Origin: Lepidodermella squamata
Lineage: Eukaryota; Animalia; Gastrotricha
Length of the DNA stretch: 64,000 nt
Direction of reading: 5' to 3'
Assembly: GCA_047495785.1 (NCBI GenBank)
Contig: JBLDXI010000007.1
Location: 806,001-870,000, forward strand
This document shows, in pieces, positions 44,451-57,823 of this stretch (position 1 is its first letter; each line of letters opens with the position of its first letter). The notes beneath the pieces are model-generated. The model searched no databases. It was not told where the DNA came from and saw nothing but the letters and a program-made list of their open reading frames with translations. A program made the translations under genes and the position numbers.

Positions 44451-47400
44451 TCATTTGCGCAAGGACGAAACATGTTCAAAGATGTAAGTAATTTCTTGCC
44501 TGGTTTTACTGCTCATAAAACTTTTTTTAAGAACCTGGATAACCGTTAGGCGCTTGCTGTTTTTGATATTCGGATCAGCCCCATATTCCATCAGTAATCG
44601 AACCGCACTAGGTAGGCTCCGCTTGACCATGTAATGTAAAGGCCGCATCGTCACTGAATCTATCGTGATAGGAACATTAACATCAACGCCACTGTCCAGT
44701 AAAGCTTTTATTCGAAGCTCAGGATTCGAGCATTCGAGAGCTTGCTCCATAACACCTTCGCCATTCTTGTTTTTGAGGCCCAAATCCGCTCCCTTTGCAA
44801 TCAAAAACCGAACAGTCTCAATGGACTGATGCCTCAGGGCCAGCATAAGAAGGCTATTGCCCTCATTATCGATGTGATTTTTATCAAACCCAGCCGAGAA
44901 AAATGCTTCAAGGCACTGTTTCGAAACCTGGGCGTTCTTCAAATTATCGACAACGATGCTTTCTTCGGTTTTGTAGGTACAGTGAATATCGACACCTCGA
45001 GTAATGAAAAGTTTAACAGCATGTGTGTTGTTTCGGCTCAGAGCGCAGTGTAAAGCCCCGGGTCCAATCGCACAGCCGTTGTTCATCAGGGCGATAAGTA
45101 TCGGATTTTTGGCATCGTGCAAAATCGCGTATTCAAGCATCGAATCTTTGAAAAAGAAGTCACCAGGTGGGTTGATGAAAGACCGCTCCTTCTTGATGAC
45201 TTTTTGCAATTCAGGTAGCTTGAATCGACCAAGGTAGGACTGTTTGCCTGCTTCAATTCCTTGACATAATTTCCGACGCTAAAAAAAGAAAATTGCAATC
45301 TATCTTCAGTGTGAAACTGATGGGGCTGGCCAAGTTCAAACCCTCAATTTGAGACTTTATCGGTAAAATTTGCCAAAATTGGGGTTTCAACTTCATCGTA
45401 CTCCCTAAAATTTCAAAATTTTGATTATCAAACTGGATCGTGTCCCATAAGTACCGCAAAAATCGTGGATTCCCCCGTAGGTTCGATTTGTAAAAAAATC
45501 AGTCAAATTTCGCATAAAAAGTTTCAAAACGTTAAAATAGAAGGGTTTTACAAAATAATTGGCGAAGCAGTTGGGCTGGATCACCGATAACCTAGCAAAA
45601 CGGGTTTTCAGTAATTCTACTTTTACAGCAAATAATTCGTCAAATCTTTAATACTGTTGCAATTCTATTCAAAGACTGCCAATTTCTTCGATCGAGTTGA
45701 TGGTTTCCATTTTCTACATCTACTGGTTGGTCGCGGTCAAGCCGCTGATGACCAGGGCCACGGAGGAGGTCGAAGTGGCCCTTCTCAGACGAAAATTTAG
45801 AAGCATTGTGCTGTTTTCCCGCCGCGCAAAAACACCCCGAAGATTGTTTTTACCTGCAACCCTTGTCGAATCCTCGCAGCGAAGTTTGGTTTGCAAGAAG
45901 GCGCTTGGCGAACATAGCATTCGTAAAATGGTGAGCGAAATGATGTCAGAAAATGGATTTGAAGGCAAATTCATAAACCACTCGCTTCACGCTACTGCGG
46001 CCACTCGATTGTGCGAAGCTGGATTGAATGATGAAGAGATAAAGAAAGTCACGGGACATCGCTCCAAAGCTGTTCAGCAATACAAACGGGCTGTGCCACA
46101 GAAAATGGCCGCTTCATCGCATGGGATTTCGTCGGTTTCCGGAGAAACTTAAATGAAAGCCCTCATCTGAAAGATGGCATCCGTTATATGATTTTCGGAT
46201 GATAACACATGACTATAATTAAGATTTCACACTAAGACGACACTATGTTCCCGTTTTTTAGTCCTCAGATCTAGCGTTCATACATTATTTCTTACAGGTC
46301 ATTGAACACTCAACATGAATCTTTGCAAGAATTGCCTCAACTTCAATCGAACGAATCAGATCCGAATGGGTTTTGGATCGAGGAGCGACTACTCCACAAC
46401 CATGATCTTGCCATTCTCAACGATCTAACTGGCTGGGCCAATGATAGGATTATCGATGCTTTTCAGGGTCTTGCAAAAGTTGCCTTAAATCCGGTTGACG
46501 GGTTGCAGACTCCCCTGGTGGCCTACACTGAAATGGGCTTCGATGCGGCAGAAACGCAGGATGCTAAAATCCACCACGAGGGGCAACATTGGTTCACCTC
46601 CTCTACGTTGCATCACTATGAAGCCTATCATGTAACCTTATTACAGCTTTGGGACTCGTGACGCTGCAAAACAGGTCTGGGATTGCTACGAAAAAATGCG
46701 GCTTAACAACCAACTTGACGTGCTGATAATGCCGTCAGATCTCCAGAAAAACGGAAACGATTGCGGATTCTACGCAATGGCCAACCTCGCCGAAATTATG
46801 AGCGGCTGTGATCCCGCAAGTGTCACATTCATCTGCGACAGGATGCGTCAACATGTCATCACGTGTTTCGCAAAAATGCAGCTTGAACGGTTTCCAAGTG
46901 TCCCCCGTAACGGCCGGCGCGCAGCACCGAAACTTGTAACATTATCTTGTGAATATAATAACTAATCCCTAAACATTCTGTGATATCGAAAAGATAAGCG
47001 TAGACACATGGGTAAACCCATGTAGCCAATGAGGTTGGCCATTATGTTTACGGTGCTAAATGTCGCATTTAGGCGCTAAAATTAAAAAAAAATGACTTCG
47101 AACTCATCCGGCCAAGCTACCCCGCTTGGTCAAAATCGTTTCTACCTCCACAGAACCGAACGTGGTTTGTGGAGGTTTGATGGAGAATTCAACGGGCACT
47201 TTTATGGTACACACAAGTTATAGCTGAAAAGTCGAAGATTTTCGAGAAACTGTTTTTCCGGCTAAGTTACCCCACACCACGGTAATTAAGATTTCACACT
47301 AAGATTTCACGTATCGATTTAACGAATCAGTTATTTCTTTAAAACAGAAGTCTGAGAATCCCATAAAAGGGTCATATTTATAGTATATTGCCTGCTTGGT

Positions 47401-49092
47401 AATTTTAGTCAGCGGGCGGATTTTTCGTCAGCCGGCCTCAGGCTCGAGAAGATTTGTTGGACTGGCTTCGTCGGTTTTACGCCAATGTGGTTAATCAAGC
47501 TGGTGGGCTATTTTCCGAGAAGAGTCTATTGGCTATTCGTGCTGGTATCCAGCGCTATTTGACTGGTCCTGATGTTCACCGTGATATTGACATTGTTAAT
47601 GACAAGTTTTTTCTTCCTGCTAATCGAATTTTGATGGCCCGTTGCCAGCAAGAACGAGGGCCGGTTAGTAGGTAAAATCCGCCCCAGGTGTATAATAGGT
47701 TTAAAATAATTTTAGCAATCAAGAAATGAGTGTAATTTGCCATGGAAAAAATCCGGGTACGGCGAAACACTCATATTAAATCCGCCGGTCTGACTTAATC
47801 CGCGAACAATGATGAACACAGTAGTCGTCTAATTTTAAGACTCAGACGTTAAATACTACAAGTGGGTAATAATTCTGCATAACTAAGGGCGCAAATTAGC
47901 CACGCGACAGAAAAATTCGATATCTCCAAGGTTATTGAGGATAATTAATATTGGATTTTTCGAAGACGACGTTTCGGCACAAGCGGGTGCCATCATCAGG
48001 TCATCATCAGGTCATCATCAGGTCAGACGACAAAAGAGTTCGTCTGTACGCGCTAATCTTTTTACTTCAACTATCGAAAAACAAGTTAACTATCATTAAT
48101 ATTGGAAACCTCAATTTTAGGGGTGCAAATATTCGACCCAAAATAAATTTCATACCGAGAGCAGAACAGACGACAAACTTGGAAACACGACTCTAAGGTA
48201 CGCCAAATCGACAGGTTGAACGGGGAAGATGAATCTGGCTCCGGAAAAGTGGGTATCGTTGAACCAAACGTACGGACTCTGGCCTGCTCTATAATCGTCT
48301 TCCTTTGGAAAATGAAAAGGCAGCGTAAAATAAAACTAAAAAATCACAATTTCTCACGTCGTAACAAAGTTGCAGCAACCCTAGGTATTCCCAATTCGGC
48401 GCCAAGTAACACAGATGACACGGCTTGCACTCGAGAATTATTTCAGGGTTCAAAAAATCGAAAGCCTAGAAAAAACTAGTAATTATTCAACGATTTTCGA
48501 TACAAATTAACCAACCGCTTGGCATCTTTCCGGGATTCTGAGCATCCACCAAACATCTCCGCCAAAATATTTACCCGTCCTGAAGCAGTGATGCCCACTT
48601 TCACCGGACAAAAAATGCGGAGCCTTGTCGAAAACAAAGCGGAGAAAATCACTGACCGATTCAAAATCAGCGCCACTATTGCTAATTTGCAAGAACTCGT
48701 CGGTGTGATGCGGACTGAACATTTTCAGCTCTTTCAAACTCGAGTAAAAAGATTCCAGAGCTCCTTCAACGCTAAGAAACTGTCGCGCCTTTTCATTGCC
48801 AAATTCGAGCATAATCAATCGTTCCAAGAAATAGGAACCAGTCAGATATTTATGCCAGCTGGAATAAAAATTAATAAATTAATAAATTTTTCGAAAAATA
48901 ATTGAATTACCGTTTTGATACTAAACAGCAAATCTGGAAAATTTCTTTGTTCCTCAGACACAGGAAAATTTCGGCCGCGACTTCAGGTGGAAAGGCAGAC
49001 AAAGGGTCGACCCCTTCACTGGGTTCAACGGATTCGACGCGTTTTCGCTTGACTGATTCCTGCTTAGCAGGCCTGCCACGCTTTCGAGGCAT
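44451..49092 (-). CDS. F-box / middle domain / ankyrin protein, unit 7 (last intron 45279-48155)
   Basis: F-box DPLSAFPPEVAAEIF; exon 4 ends VVFPSLSSVLLS|GTATGA; acceptor TTTTTTTAG|CGTCGG gives in-frame RRKL into the ANK exon. Confidence 0.8.
45880..46152 (+). mobile_element. Crypton-like tyrosine-recombinase C-terminal fragment
   Basis: LGEHSIRKMVSEM...GKFINHSLHATAATRL...VTGHRSKAVQQYKR matches the H-x-x-R / GH / Y motifs of Crypton-A/DUF3504-type recombinases, with Arg replaced by His. Confidence 0.75.
46302..46965 (+). pseudogene. Ulp1-like (C48) cysteine protease fragments, transposon-type cargo
   Basis: WANDRIID, QHWF and QKNGNDCGFYA motifs split over two frames; bracketed by a 22-bp direct repeat at 46216-46237 and 47283-47304. 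Confidence 0.65.
47454..47675 (+). mobile_element. Crypton-like N-terminal fragment
   Basis: LDWLRRFYANV...G..FSEKSLLAIRAGIQRYL...IDIVNDKFF..AN matches the region preceding the recombinase core in Crypton-A/DUF3504 proteins. Confidence 0.65.
47965..48002 (-). ncRNA. Minimal type I hammerhead ribozyme (Penelope-type), copy 2
   Basis: Minus strand reads GAC-CTGATGA-T-GGCAC(CCGCTT)GTGCC-GAAAC-GTC-GTC: perfect 5-bp stem II and stem I GAC/GTC. Confidence 0.85.
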
Positions 49093-49160
49093 TTTTTCAA
49101 TTTCATTAAATTCCTAAAAAAATACAAAAAATATTTGCAGATGATTGACTTTATAATCTG

Positions 49161-51261
49161 TTAGGCAAAAGTTGCAAGCATTGTTTTCAGGGTATCCCCT
49201 TCATACAGCAGCTTAGCCAGTTGCATAGGAGTGCGATTTGTCGAATCTTTGGCATTGCGATCAGCGCCGTACTTCAACAACAAGCGGACAGAATCCACAC
49301 GACCCTTAGTCACCATGAAATGCAGCGGGAAACCCGGAAAATCGGTCAATTTCACATTCGGATCAGCGCCGCTTTGAAGCAGAAATTCGATTCTTTTCTC
49401 CGGCGGACGGTGAATAAATGAGTATTGTAAAGCCGTAGCCCCGCTTTTACTCTTGCGATTAACATCGGCACCAATTATGACAAGACAACGAACGGTATCG
49501 ATCGGCTGGGAGGCAGCGGCGATCATCAGCAGAGTTTCGCCACTCTCATTTGCGAAATTCACGTTTAAATCGTGTCTAATAAACTCCGGTACTATCTGCT
49601 TTGCAACGCGGCCCTTTCGCATGCAATTCATTAAAATGATTTCGCCATTTTCAGCCTGGGCGTAGACGTTGGCACCAAGCTCGAGGAAGAGTTTAACAGC
49701 GGCATGATTATGATGGACAATAACGTAATCTAGAATAGAATTGGAAAAGTGTGCCCCTCTATTTAGGAACTCAGCCAAAACTTCCTTTTTCCCAAGATAT
49801 AACGCATAGCTAAACATTGAGCCATTAAACACATCATTTGGTTGATTGATCAGGGCTGGTTCAGCATCCAGCAACGATCGCAACTCAGCCATCTGAGCAG
49901 GTGTGATGCCGCCGCGAAAAGACTCCAAAAGCGTCTCGCAATTTCTACGCTGATAGCAAGAGAAAAAAATAAAAAATAAAAAATAAAAATTTCATTTCAG
50001 AAATTAAAAAGGGTCCTCCTTTTAGCGGAACCAAATTTACGATGAGCGGAACCTAATTTTGTAGTTTTCTATTGGCCTGAAATCGCTTTTCGGATATTTC
50101 TTTCTGGTCAAGATTGGCAACAATAATTCTAGAAAAATCACCAGTAAGTTCAGCGCATCATTTTCTATAAGGCAGAGTGTTTAATTCAGAATTCATGATT
50201 CGCCTAAAATTCGTAGAATTATTCAAAAAATGACTCCTGGCATATTTCGACTTTGGTTCCGCCAAAATCAAATTCGGTTCCGCTCCCGTAAATTTGGTTC
50301 CGCAACAGTAAATTTGGTTCCGGTAAAACCAAGATATTCCGATAAAAAATAATAAAAAAATGCTCTTACGATTTTCAGCAGCTTAGATAGACTCGGCATT
50401 ACAATTCTGACATTGCGAAAGTAACAAAGCTCACTCGGGCATAGGAAGCGCAGATTTGTAGGGTAGTTAACGAGATGATAATAATCGGCTGCAATAGTTT
50501 GCAGCTCAGCCTGAAAATCAACAAGCATAACCGCAAAATTAATCCAATAATTTATTTCATACCTCTGATGAAGAAACACGACGAGAATTTTCGAAATTTG
50601 AGTCGTACAAGGAAAATAACACATTGTTCTCAGTTTCAACTAGTAACACGGGTTTTAGAACGTTGAATGCCTTAATGTAATAAAAATTAAGACAACAATA
50701 TTTAGTAAAATCAAATCCTACCTGGCTGCAACTTTCGGGGAATCTCAATAGCCAGCAGGTCACCGCGAAGGGTCCGTATTCGAGAAGCGCCGAGTGGCTC
50801 GAGTTGAGAAAAAATTCTGGCTTCCTAGTTTTAGCTGTAGCCTCGAATTCGGCCATGCAATCATGCTCGGTTTTGTCGGATTTATCGATAAATTCACTTT
50901 TTTTATTGCGATCGTCGCGGAATATTGGGTCAATTTTCAGAGCAGTTTTGAATGAACTCAACGCGCCGGGTAAACTCAAAAATTGCCGGGCTTTATCCGC
51001 ACCGAATTCGCGCTCTATCAAGCATTCCCAGAAGTAATCGCCCGATATAAAATCGTGCCATCTTCGAAAAATCATTCATTTAATACGAAAATAGCTTAGA
51101 AAATGAGCTTACAGCTTGGAGACAACATTCAAACAGCAGAAGACTTCGCGATTTCGGATGAGAAGAAACACTTTGGTTGTTATTTCAGGTGGTAATGCAG
51201 CCACCGGGTCGATTTCATCCGCCTTAAAACGCTTTGACGATGGGCCGATAAAAATATCCAT
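49161..51261 (-). CDS. F-box / middle domain / ankyrin protein, unit 8 (5 exons)
   Basis: F-box DPVAALPPEITTKVF; exon 4 NYPTNLRFL...IVMPSL; ANK exon from ~49949. Confidence 0.82.
50022..50325. mobile_element. MITE-like element with modular inverted ends
   Basis: GCGGAACC(A/T)AATTT twice at the left end and AAATT(T/C)GGTTCCG three to four times at the right end, in the last intron of unit 8. Confidence 0.6.
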
Positions 51262-51349
51262 ACATCAAAACTCTACAAAAATTTAAATTCGTAGAAAAAT
51301 GGGTAAATATAAGTCGAATGAAGTACGAAATACAGGAGAAATGAAAAAG

Positions 51350-53170
51350 TTATTTCGATGCGAAATTTTCCAAAATACCGATGATTCCAAGGTCTGGTTT
51401 CTCTTTGAACTCAATCTTGGCCAACTGCAGCGGAGTTAGGCGTTTGCTATTTTTCGCCTCCTTATCAGCCCCGTTTTCCAGCAGCATTCGAACAGCATCA
51501 GGCCTGGCCCGTTCAACCATTCGATGCAATGGCCTCATTTTTACGGAGTTCCGAACTATTTCCACATTAACGTCAATACCATGGTCGATCAACGCCTTGA
51601 GACGAGGTTCAGGGTGAATATATTCAAGAGCGAGATCCAACACAGTTTCGCCGTGTTTATTCCGCCGATTCATATCAGCCCCTTTGGCGAGGAAATACTT
51701 GACAGAATCGATGATTTGATACTTGGCAGAAATCATTAACAAAGTATTGCCGTCGTTATCCGTGCAATTCACGTCGAGGCCGTGTTCAAGGAAAGTGTCG
51801 AAAATGACCTTCGAAATCGTGTGGGTTACCCGCATGCCTTCAGCGAGCACATTTTCGCCGAGATACGTCGACTTAACATCAGCCCCGTGATCGATAAACA
51901 TTTTAACGGCGGTTTTGTGGTTTTTGCGAACAGCCAAATGAAGAGGGCCAGGCCCAGCGCCGTTTCTGATAAATTCGGCCAAAACGTATTTCGGTAATTC
52001 GAGAGAAATCGCCTCGCTAAAAACGGATCCGTAGAAGAACAAATCGTTTGGCTGGTAGATGAAGGACGGCTCTTCGCTCAAGATTGATCGAATTTGCTTG
52101 AGTTGATCAGATTTTTTGATATTTCCACCCTTGTTTTCGCAAGCAGCTATTAAATCTCGGCGCTAAAATGGTAAGATTTGAAAATTCAATATAAATAATT
52201 ATTAATTAATACATAAATCAGCATATCGACATAGCTTGGGAAAAGCACCCGAAAATACTTCAGCTTTCCAGTCGAATTCGAGCAGATAAATCTCAAACCA
52301 GGCGGATAATTGTCAATCACGAAAAATTCTGAATCCCATTCCTGAAATTAACTGTATTTTTATACATTTTTATTAATTTCACACTGGACTCAAAATTAGC
52401 ATTTTATAAATTAATTTAAAAATTTTCAAACCAACCCGGGGTATGTTTACGCTTGCGATACATTTGTATTTAGAGTCCATCAGAAAAACTTTGCATTGGC
52501 TAGATTTGACCAAAATAGTAGGCTGGAACGCATCAAAGGCCTGAAAAGTAAGGCTGAAACACAAATTTCCACTTGAAAGACTTCTAAAACCTGTTCGCAA
52601 GACGTTGGAATCCTCGCCAGCCAATAATTCGCGTCGAACATCTGACTTATTGCGCATCTGCGATTCTCATTTCCAGCCATGTAATGCGGCAATTTGTTAC
52701 AAGCCAACTGAATTAAATTTTTCACGGAATCCGGTTCAACGTATAGCCCTTTAAATTCTTCAAGCCTGTCGAATTGATCTGTCACGCAAGGGCTGAACAT
52801 TTGGTGGGTTGTCAAAGACTGGTAAAGCGATTGCGCTGAGCCTCCTGATGTCAAAAACTGTTGCACATGATCGCGGCTGAACTCGACCATCAAGAGTCGC
52901 TCGAGAAAATAATCGCTCGTTAAATATCTGTGCCATCTGAAAAAATAAACCGGAGATATTTGTCCAACTCGAATAAAGTTGGATATACCGTTTGGATACA
53001 AGGCACAAATTGAGAAATATCTCCTTGCTGCGAAAGCATACGAATATTTCCGCCGCAATTTCGGGCGAGAAAACAGATAAAGGATCGACCGATTGATAGC
53101 GCGATCGCTTGGCTGACTGCTCTTCAACAAGATTTGAGGAGCGTCGGCGTTTTCCAGATAAAGTTTTCAT
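51350..53170 (-). CDS. F-box / middle domain / ankyrin protein, unit 9 (5 exons)
   Basis: F-box DPLSVFSPEIAAEIF; exon 4 NYPPGLRFI...VLFPS; ANK exon starting RRDLIAAC. Confidence 0.83.
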
Positions 53171-53257
53171 AATATTTTCAACCCGATTTTGTTATGACGC
53201 GCATGAACGAGTATAAAAGCTAGACTCGCATAAGCGGGAAAAATTATGATTATACTA

Positions 53258-53419
53258 CAGGGTGGCCAAAAAATTCCGCAGAAGGCGAATTCGATGCGCA
53301 TCAGCTTTATGAGGAGTTTTATGAAGTAGAAAAATTTCAAGCATTCTTCTGCCAATGGAACTCCTCATTAAAATGATGCGCATCGAATTCGCCTCCTGCG
53401 GAATTTTTTGGCCACCCTG
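53258..53419. mobile_element. Tc1/mariner-type palindromic MITE (162 bp)
   Basis: ~60-bp imperfect TIRs beginning CAGGGTGGCCAAAAAATTCCGCAG; TA on the left, TG on the right. Confidence 0.85.
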
Positions 53420-54122
53420 TGGGGAAAGTGAAAGATGCTTGAGGAAAAATGATGACCCATTTAGAATAGCAAGAAAGCAATTTGAAATATTTACATTCTA
53501 CATGAAATTTAGACCCATTGGGGAAACAATGCGAGGAAATTATTACGTCATAGCAGAAATTTTATTTTTTGCGTAACAATGCTAGCCGCCCTAAAATACG
53601 CCTGCTGTCTGAAAACAGATCAACATGATTGAAAGGTAAAGCAAAGCGTAGAAAAATACCGTTTTCGTCATATCTTCGTAAATTTCTATTTAAAAAATTA
53701 ATTAGGAAAAATCCTAGAACCAAATTTTTCCCGAAAGAGCCGATTAACGGTTGTGTTTAATCAGCTGTATCTGGAAAACGAATTGTTCCAGCGCGAAGAA
53801 TCGTCAAACCACAGAAGAAAAAGTTATAATAGATGGGACCGATTCCGTAAAAAACCGAATCATCAAGTCTACCTCCATTGATATAAATCATTGATATAAA
53901 ATTGCCTAGGATTGAGTTTAAGCATGAATATCGATTCGAATAAGCCTGGAATCAAAGCCAGCTTTAGGCATCATTTAGGCGCAAAAATAAGTGGAAATCA
54001 TGGAAATCCCATGGAAATTAATCGAAATACTTGCAAATACACGAAATAACAAAAATATCACAAATTTCATAGTACACAATATATATAGAATGTAGAAATT
54101 ATCAAGATGTCATTGTCGAATT

Positions 54123-55776
54123 TCATTTGCCAGCAACAAATTTTCTTTTTAGAGTTTTTAGAATGCCGGGGAAGGGTATTGCGTAATCGAACGCTGTTTT
54201 TCCAAAGCTGTCAGCGAGATACGGATCAGCACCATGTTCCAAAAGCAATTTGACTCCATCCTCACTCATTTTATATATCATGTTGTTTAACGGAAGGTCA
54301 TCAATAGGCTTATTAGGATCCGCGCCGGCCTCAAGGAGTACCTTCATCCTGGGTTCGGGCTTTTGCGCCAGGGAAATTGCAATATTTAGCGCGGTTGCAC
54401 CTTCGCAGTTTCTGCTCGCCACATCTGCGCCTTGTTTGATCAAAAATCTCACGATACCAATCGATTGAAAACCAGCGGCATACATCAGCATCGTATAACC
54501 TTGTTTATCAGACGTATTAACATCGAACCCAGCCTTGATAAAAGCAGCGATTATCGCCTTAGAAACAGTCTCATAGTGGAGACTGAGCAGCAATAAATTG
54601 TCCCCCTTGCCATTAACCGAATCAGGACTGACACCATGAGAGAGTAGGAATTTCACGGCATCGGCATTGTTCGACGATAAAGCGGCCTGAAGAGCTGTAG
54701 GGCCATCGAAATAGGCACCGCGGGAATAAAATTCATTCAGCACGGCTACGGAAGCGTCTTTTAAAATCGCTCTGAAAAACATGGAATTTTTTAATTCTGC
54801 ACATGTATTCTTGCGATTAATAAGGCTCGGAGCTTCATCTAACAAGGCTCGAACTTGTTCTAATAAATTAGCGGGAGAGATGTCGAGTAATTCGCGCATA
54901 CTTTGACGCTAAAAATACGAAAATATAGTCGAATTTCAACAAAAATATCTCAGATTTCACCGCGTCAAGAAAAAGCGCCAAACTCGGAAAAACGATCCGA
55001 ATAGACTCAATTTTGCTCGACGAAGCAGAACCGATGAATCGAGTTCCGCTAGGATAATTATCCAAGAGCCAAACTTCACGCGCTTCACGATAAAAATCAG
55101 CCTACAATAATCAGACTTCAATTCGAAATTTTTTTGGGATGGAAATCAAACATGGCCCTTCACTATTTGCTTCAGTTTATTCATTTCAGCGTCGTAGAAT
55201 GAGATGATACTCGCGGCAATGCAATCTAACGCAATAACTGGTTTCAGGTAGTCGAAAACCTGGCATGCAAAAATTTTTCAAGATAAATAAAAAATCCTGG
55301 CAATTTAATTTTACCTGTGGACATCCGCCTGGCAATCCGACCATCCACCAATTTTCTTGGTCATTGATCATGAAAAAATTGTTGAACACTCGATCGTGAA
55401 CGGATTCATATGAATTGCGATTTAAAGGCCGAAATAACTTCGAGGTAGCCAGGGCATGGCGAAGCGAGTCGAGCGCCCCTCCAATTGACAGAAATTGGCG
55501 AGCTTTTTCTGGCCCGAATTCGAGAAAAATCAAGCTTTCCCATAGCAAATCACCTGTGATCAAATTGTGCCAACTGAGAAACAGAAATCCGGAAAATAAT
55601 CAAGGTTATTTTGCCATTTTATAAAACCTTTTTGACACGATACTGCAGATGAGGAAAATTTCGTACTGGCGTAAATTCAACAAAATTTCGACCATTATCT
55701 CTTTCGGCAGAAATTTAGCGGGATCGATTAAGACAGGCGGCTCATCCAAGTTGAACCTGCGTTTCCGACAAGCCAT
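54123..55776 (-). CDS. F-box / middle domain / ankyrin protein, unit 10 (5 exons)
   Basis: F-box DPAKFLPKEIMVEILLNL; exon 4 NYPSGTRFI...IVFPSL; ANK exon. Confidence 0.85.
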
Positions 55777-56144
55777 TATCTTATAACTATACGAAAAATC
55801 AGTCCGTAGTCTAAAATTGGTAATCAAGTAAAATTACACTAGAAAACTTGAAAATTCAAACAAGAGCAAATCAAAGCAAGTTTACTCAAGATCCTCGGCA
55901 TATTCTAAGTCGTCTTCGCCCATGAAATAAATCGCAAGGTATTCAAATTAGCAATGCTCCTCAAATCCGGACCAGAGCCAAGCAACAAATGAAAGATATA
56001 AATGTCAAGTTTAATCGCAATGTTAAGTTTTGGGTGTCGTTAAATGTATAGAAATACCGTGGAAATCAATCGAAATATTGGCACATATAAGAATTAGTTC
56101 ATAACAAATCGGTATAAGTATGGGGAGTCGATATCGTCAGAATA

Positions 56145-57823
56145 TCATTTGCCTGCAACAGCTTCCGTTTCCAAGAGTTTCAACAGGAACGGGTAGTCTT
56201 TCGCGCATTCAAACGCAGTTTTGCCACGGCTGTCAGTGAGACGTGGATCAGCACCGTGCTCCAAAAGCATTTTTACCCCGTCTTTGCTCCTTTTTCGTAT
56301 CATCTGATGCAGCGGAGGGTCATCTCTAGGATGATTCGGGTCCGCGCCAGCTTCCAGTAGAACTTTTATCCTCGGCTCGGGAATTTTCGTGATGCTCAAC
56401 GCAATATCTAAAGCACATGTTCCATCGCTACTTTTTAGCTTAGCATCGGTGCCTTTTTTGACAAAAAACCGGACGATATCGATTGACTGAGAGGCGGTCG
56501 CATTCATCAACAGTGTATAACCATCGCTATCGGCCGTATTAACATCCAAGCCAGCCTTAATGAAAGCATCGATGATAGTCTTGTTAGCCGGGCTTCGAGA
56601 GCGGAGATTAGCAACTAACAAATTCTCGCCAGCGGAATTCTTCGATTGAGCATCGGCGCCATGAGAGAATAGGAATTTCACGGTATTAGCATTGTTCGAC
56701 GACAAAGCAGTTTCCAGAGCGATTCGGCTATCGAAATAAGCCCCGCGAGAAACAAATTCTGTCAAAATTTCCTTGGACGCATTTTTCGAAATCGCCTTGT
56801 AAAATATCGACTTTTTGAACCGAATGCCGTTACCCTTGCGATTGATAATACCGGGAGCTTTGTCAAGCATGCATCGAACTTCGTCCAATTCAGGTGGGAA
56901 GTTGTTTTCGTTAAACAAATTGCTCAATTTGCGTTGCTGGAAATGCGAAAATATTATTGATTTTCGACCGATAATAATCAAAATTAAACCGTGTCGAGAA
57001 ACAGCGCCAAACTTGGAAACGCAATTCGAATATAATCAATTACGCCTGAGCTATCAGAGCCGATGAACCGTGTACCATCGGGGTAATCATCCAAGAGCAA
57101 AAGTTCAGTAGATTCATCGTCATCGAGAAAAACATCGTAATCTAACTGTAATATACATCAAAGTTGAGATAAATCTGACACATTTTTCGCCACCGAAAAA
57201 CTAACACTGCGGTCTAAATGCCCGAGTTTGTTCATTTTTGAGTCATAAAATGAGATGGTGCAATTGGGATCGCAATCCAGTACAATAACAGGTTTCAAGC
57301 AGTCAAATGCCTGTATAGTGAAAATTATTAAAAAAACACCCAAAAATTTAAAAATGTAATTTACCTGAGAACATCCCACCGGCAGTCCGACCAACCACCA
57401 ATCCTCTTCGAGATTGTACATATATAAATGTTTGAAAACCCGATCGCTAATGGATGCATATGAATTCCGAGTATGGTGCTGGACTAATTTGGAAGTAGCA
57501 AGAGCATGGCGAAGCGAGTCGAGCGCCCCTTCAATCAACAGAAACCGTCGCGCCTTCTCAGGCCCGAATTCGCGGTAAATCACGCCCTCCCACAGCAAAT
57601 CGCTCTTTATTACATTGTGCCATCTGAATAAAATCCAAGTGAAAGTTAAATTTCAAATTCAAATTATAGCAAACCCTTTCGAAACGAGGTTGCAGTTGAC
57701 GAAAATTTCAGGCAAGCGCAAATTCAAGAGAATTTCCACCATCACCTCTTTAGGCAGCAATTCGATAGGATCAATGAATACAGGGGGAATGTCCACATCC
57801 AACTTGCGTTTACGATTGGCCAT
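56145..57823 (-). CDS. F-box / middle domain / ankyrin protein, unit 11 (close duplicate of unit 10)
   Basis: F-box DPIELLPKEVMVEILLNL; shares GALDSLRHALATSKL, FPSLALFLD and the C-terminal VAGK with unit 10. Confidence 0.85.

Noticed and set aside
45745-45780. CTGATGA...GGTCGAAG possible third hammerhead
   Set aside because: Lacks the GAAA core and a cleavage triplet with stem I.
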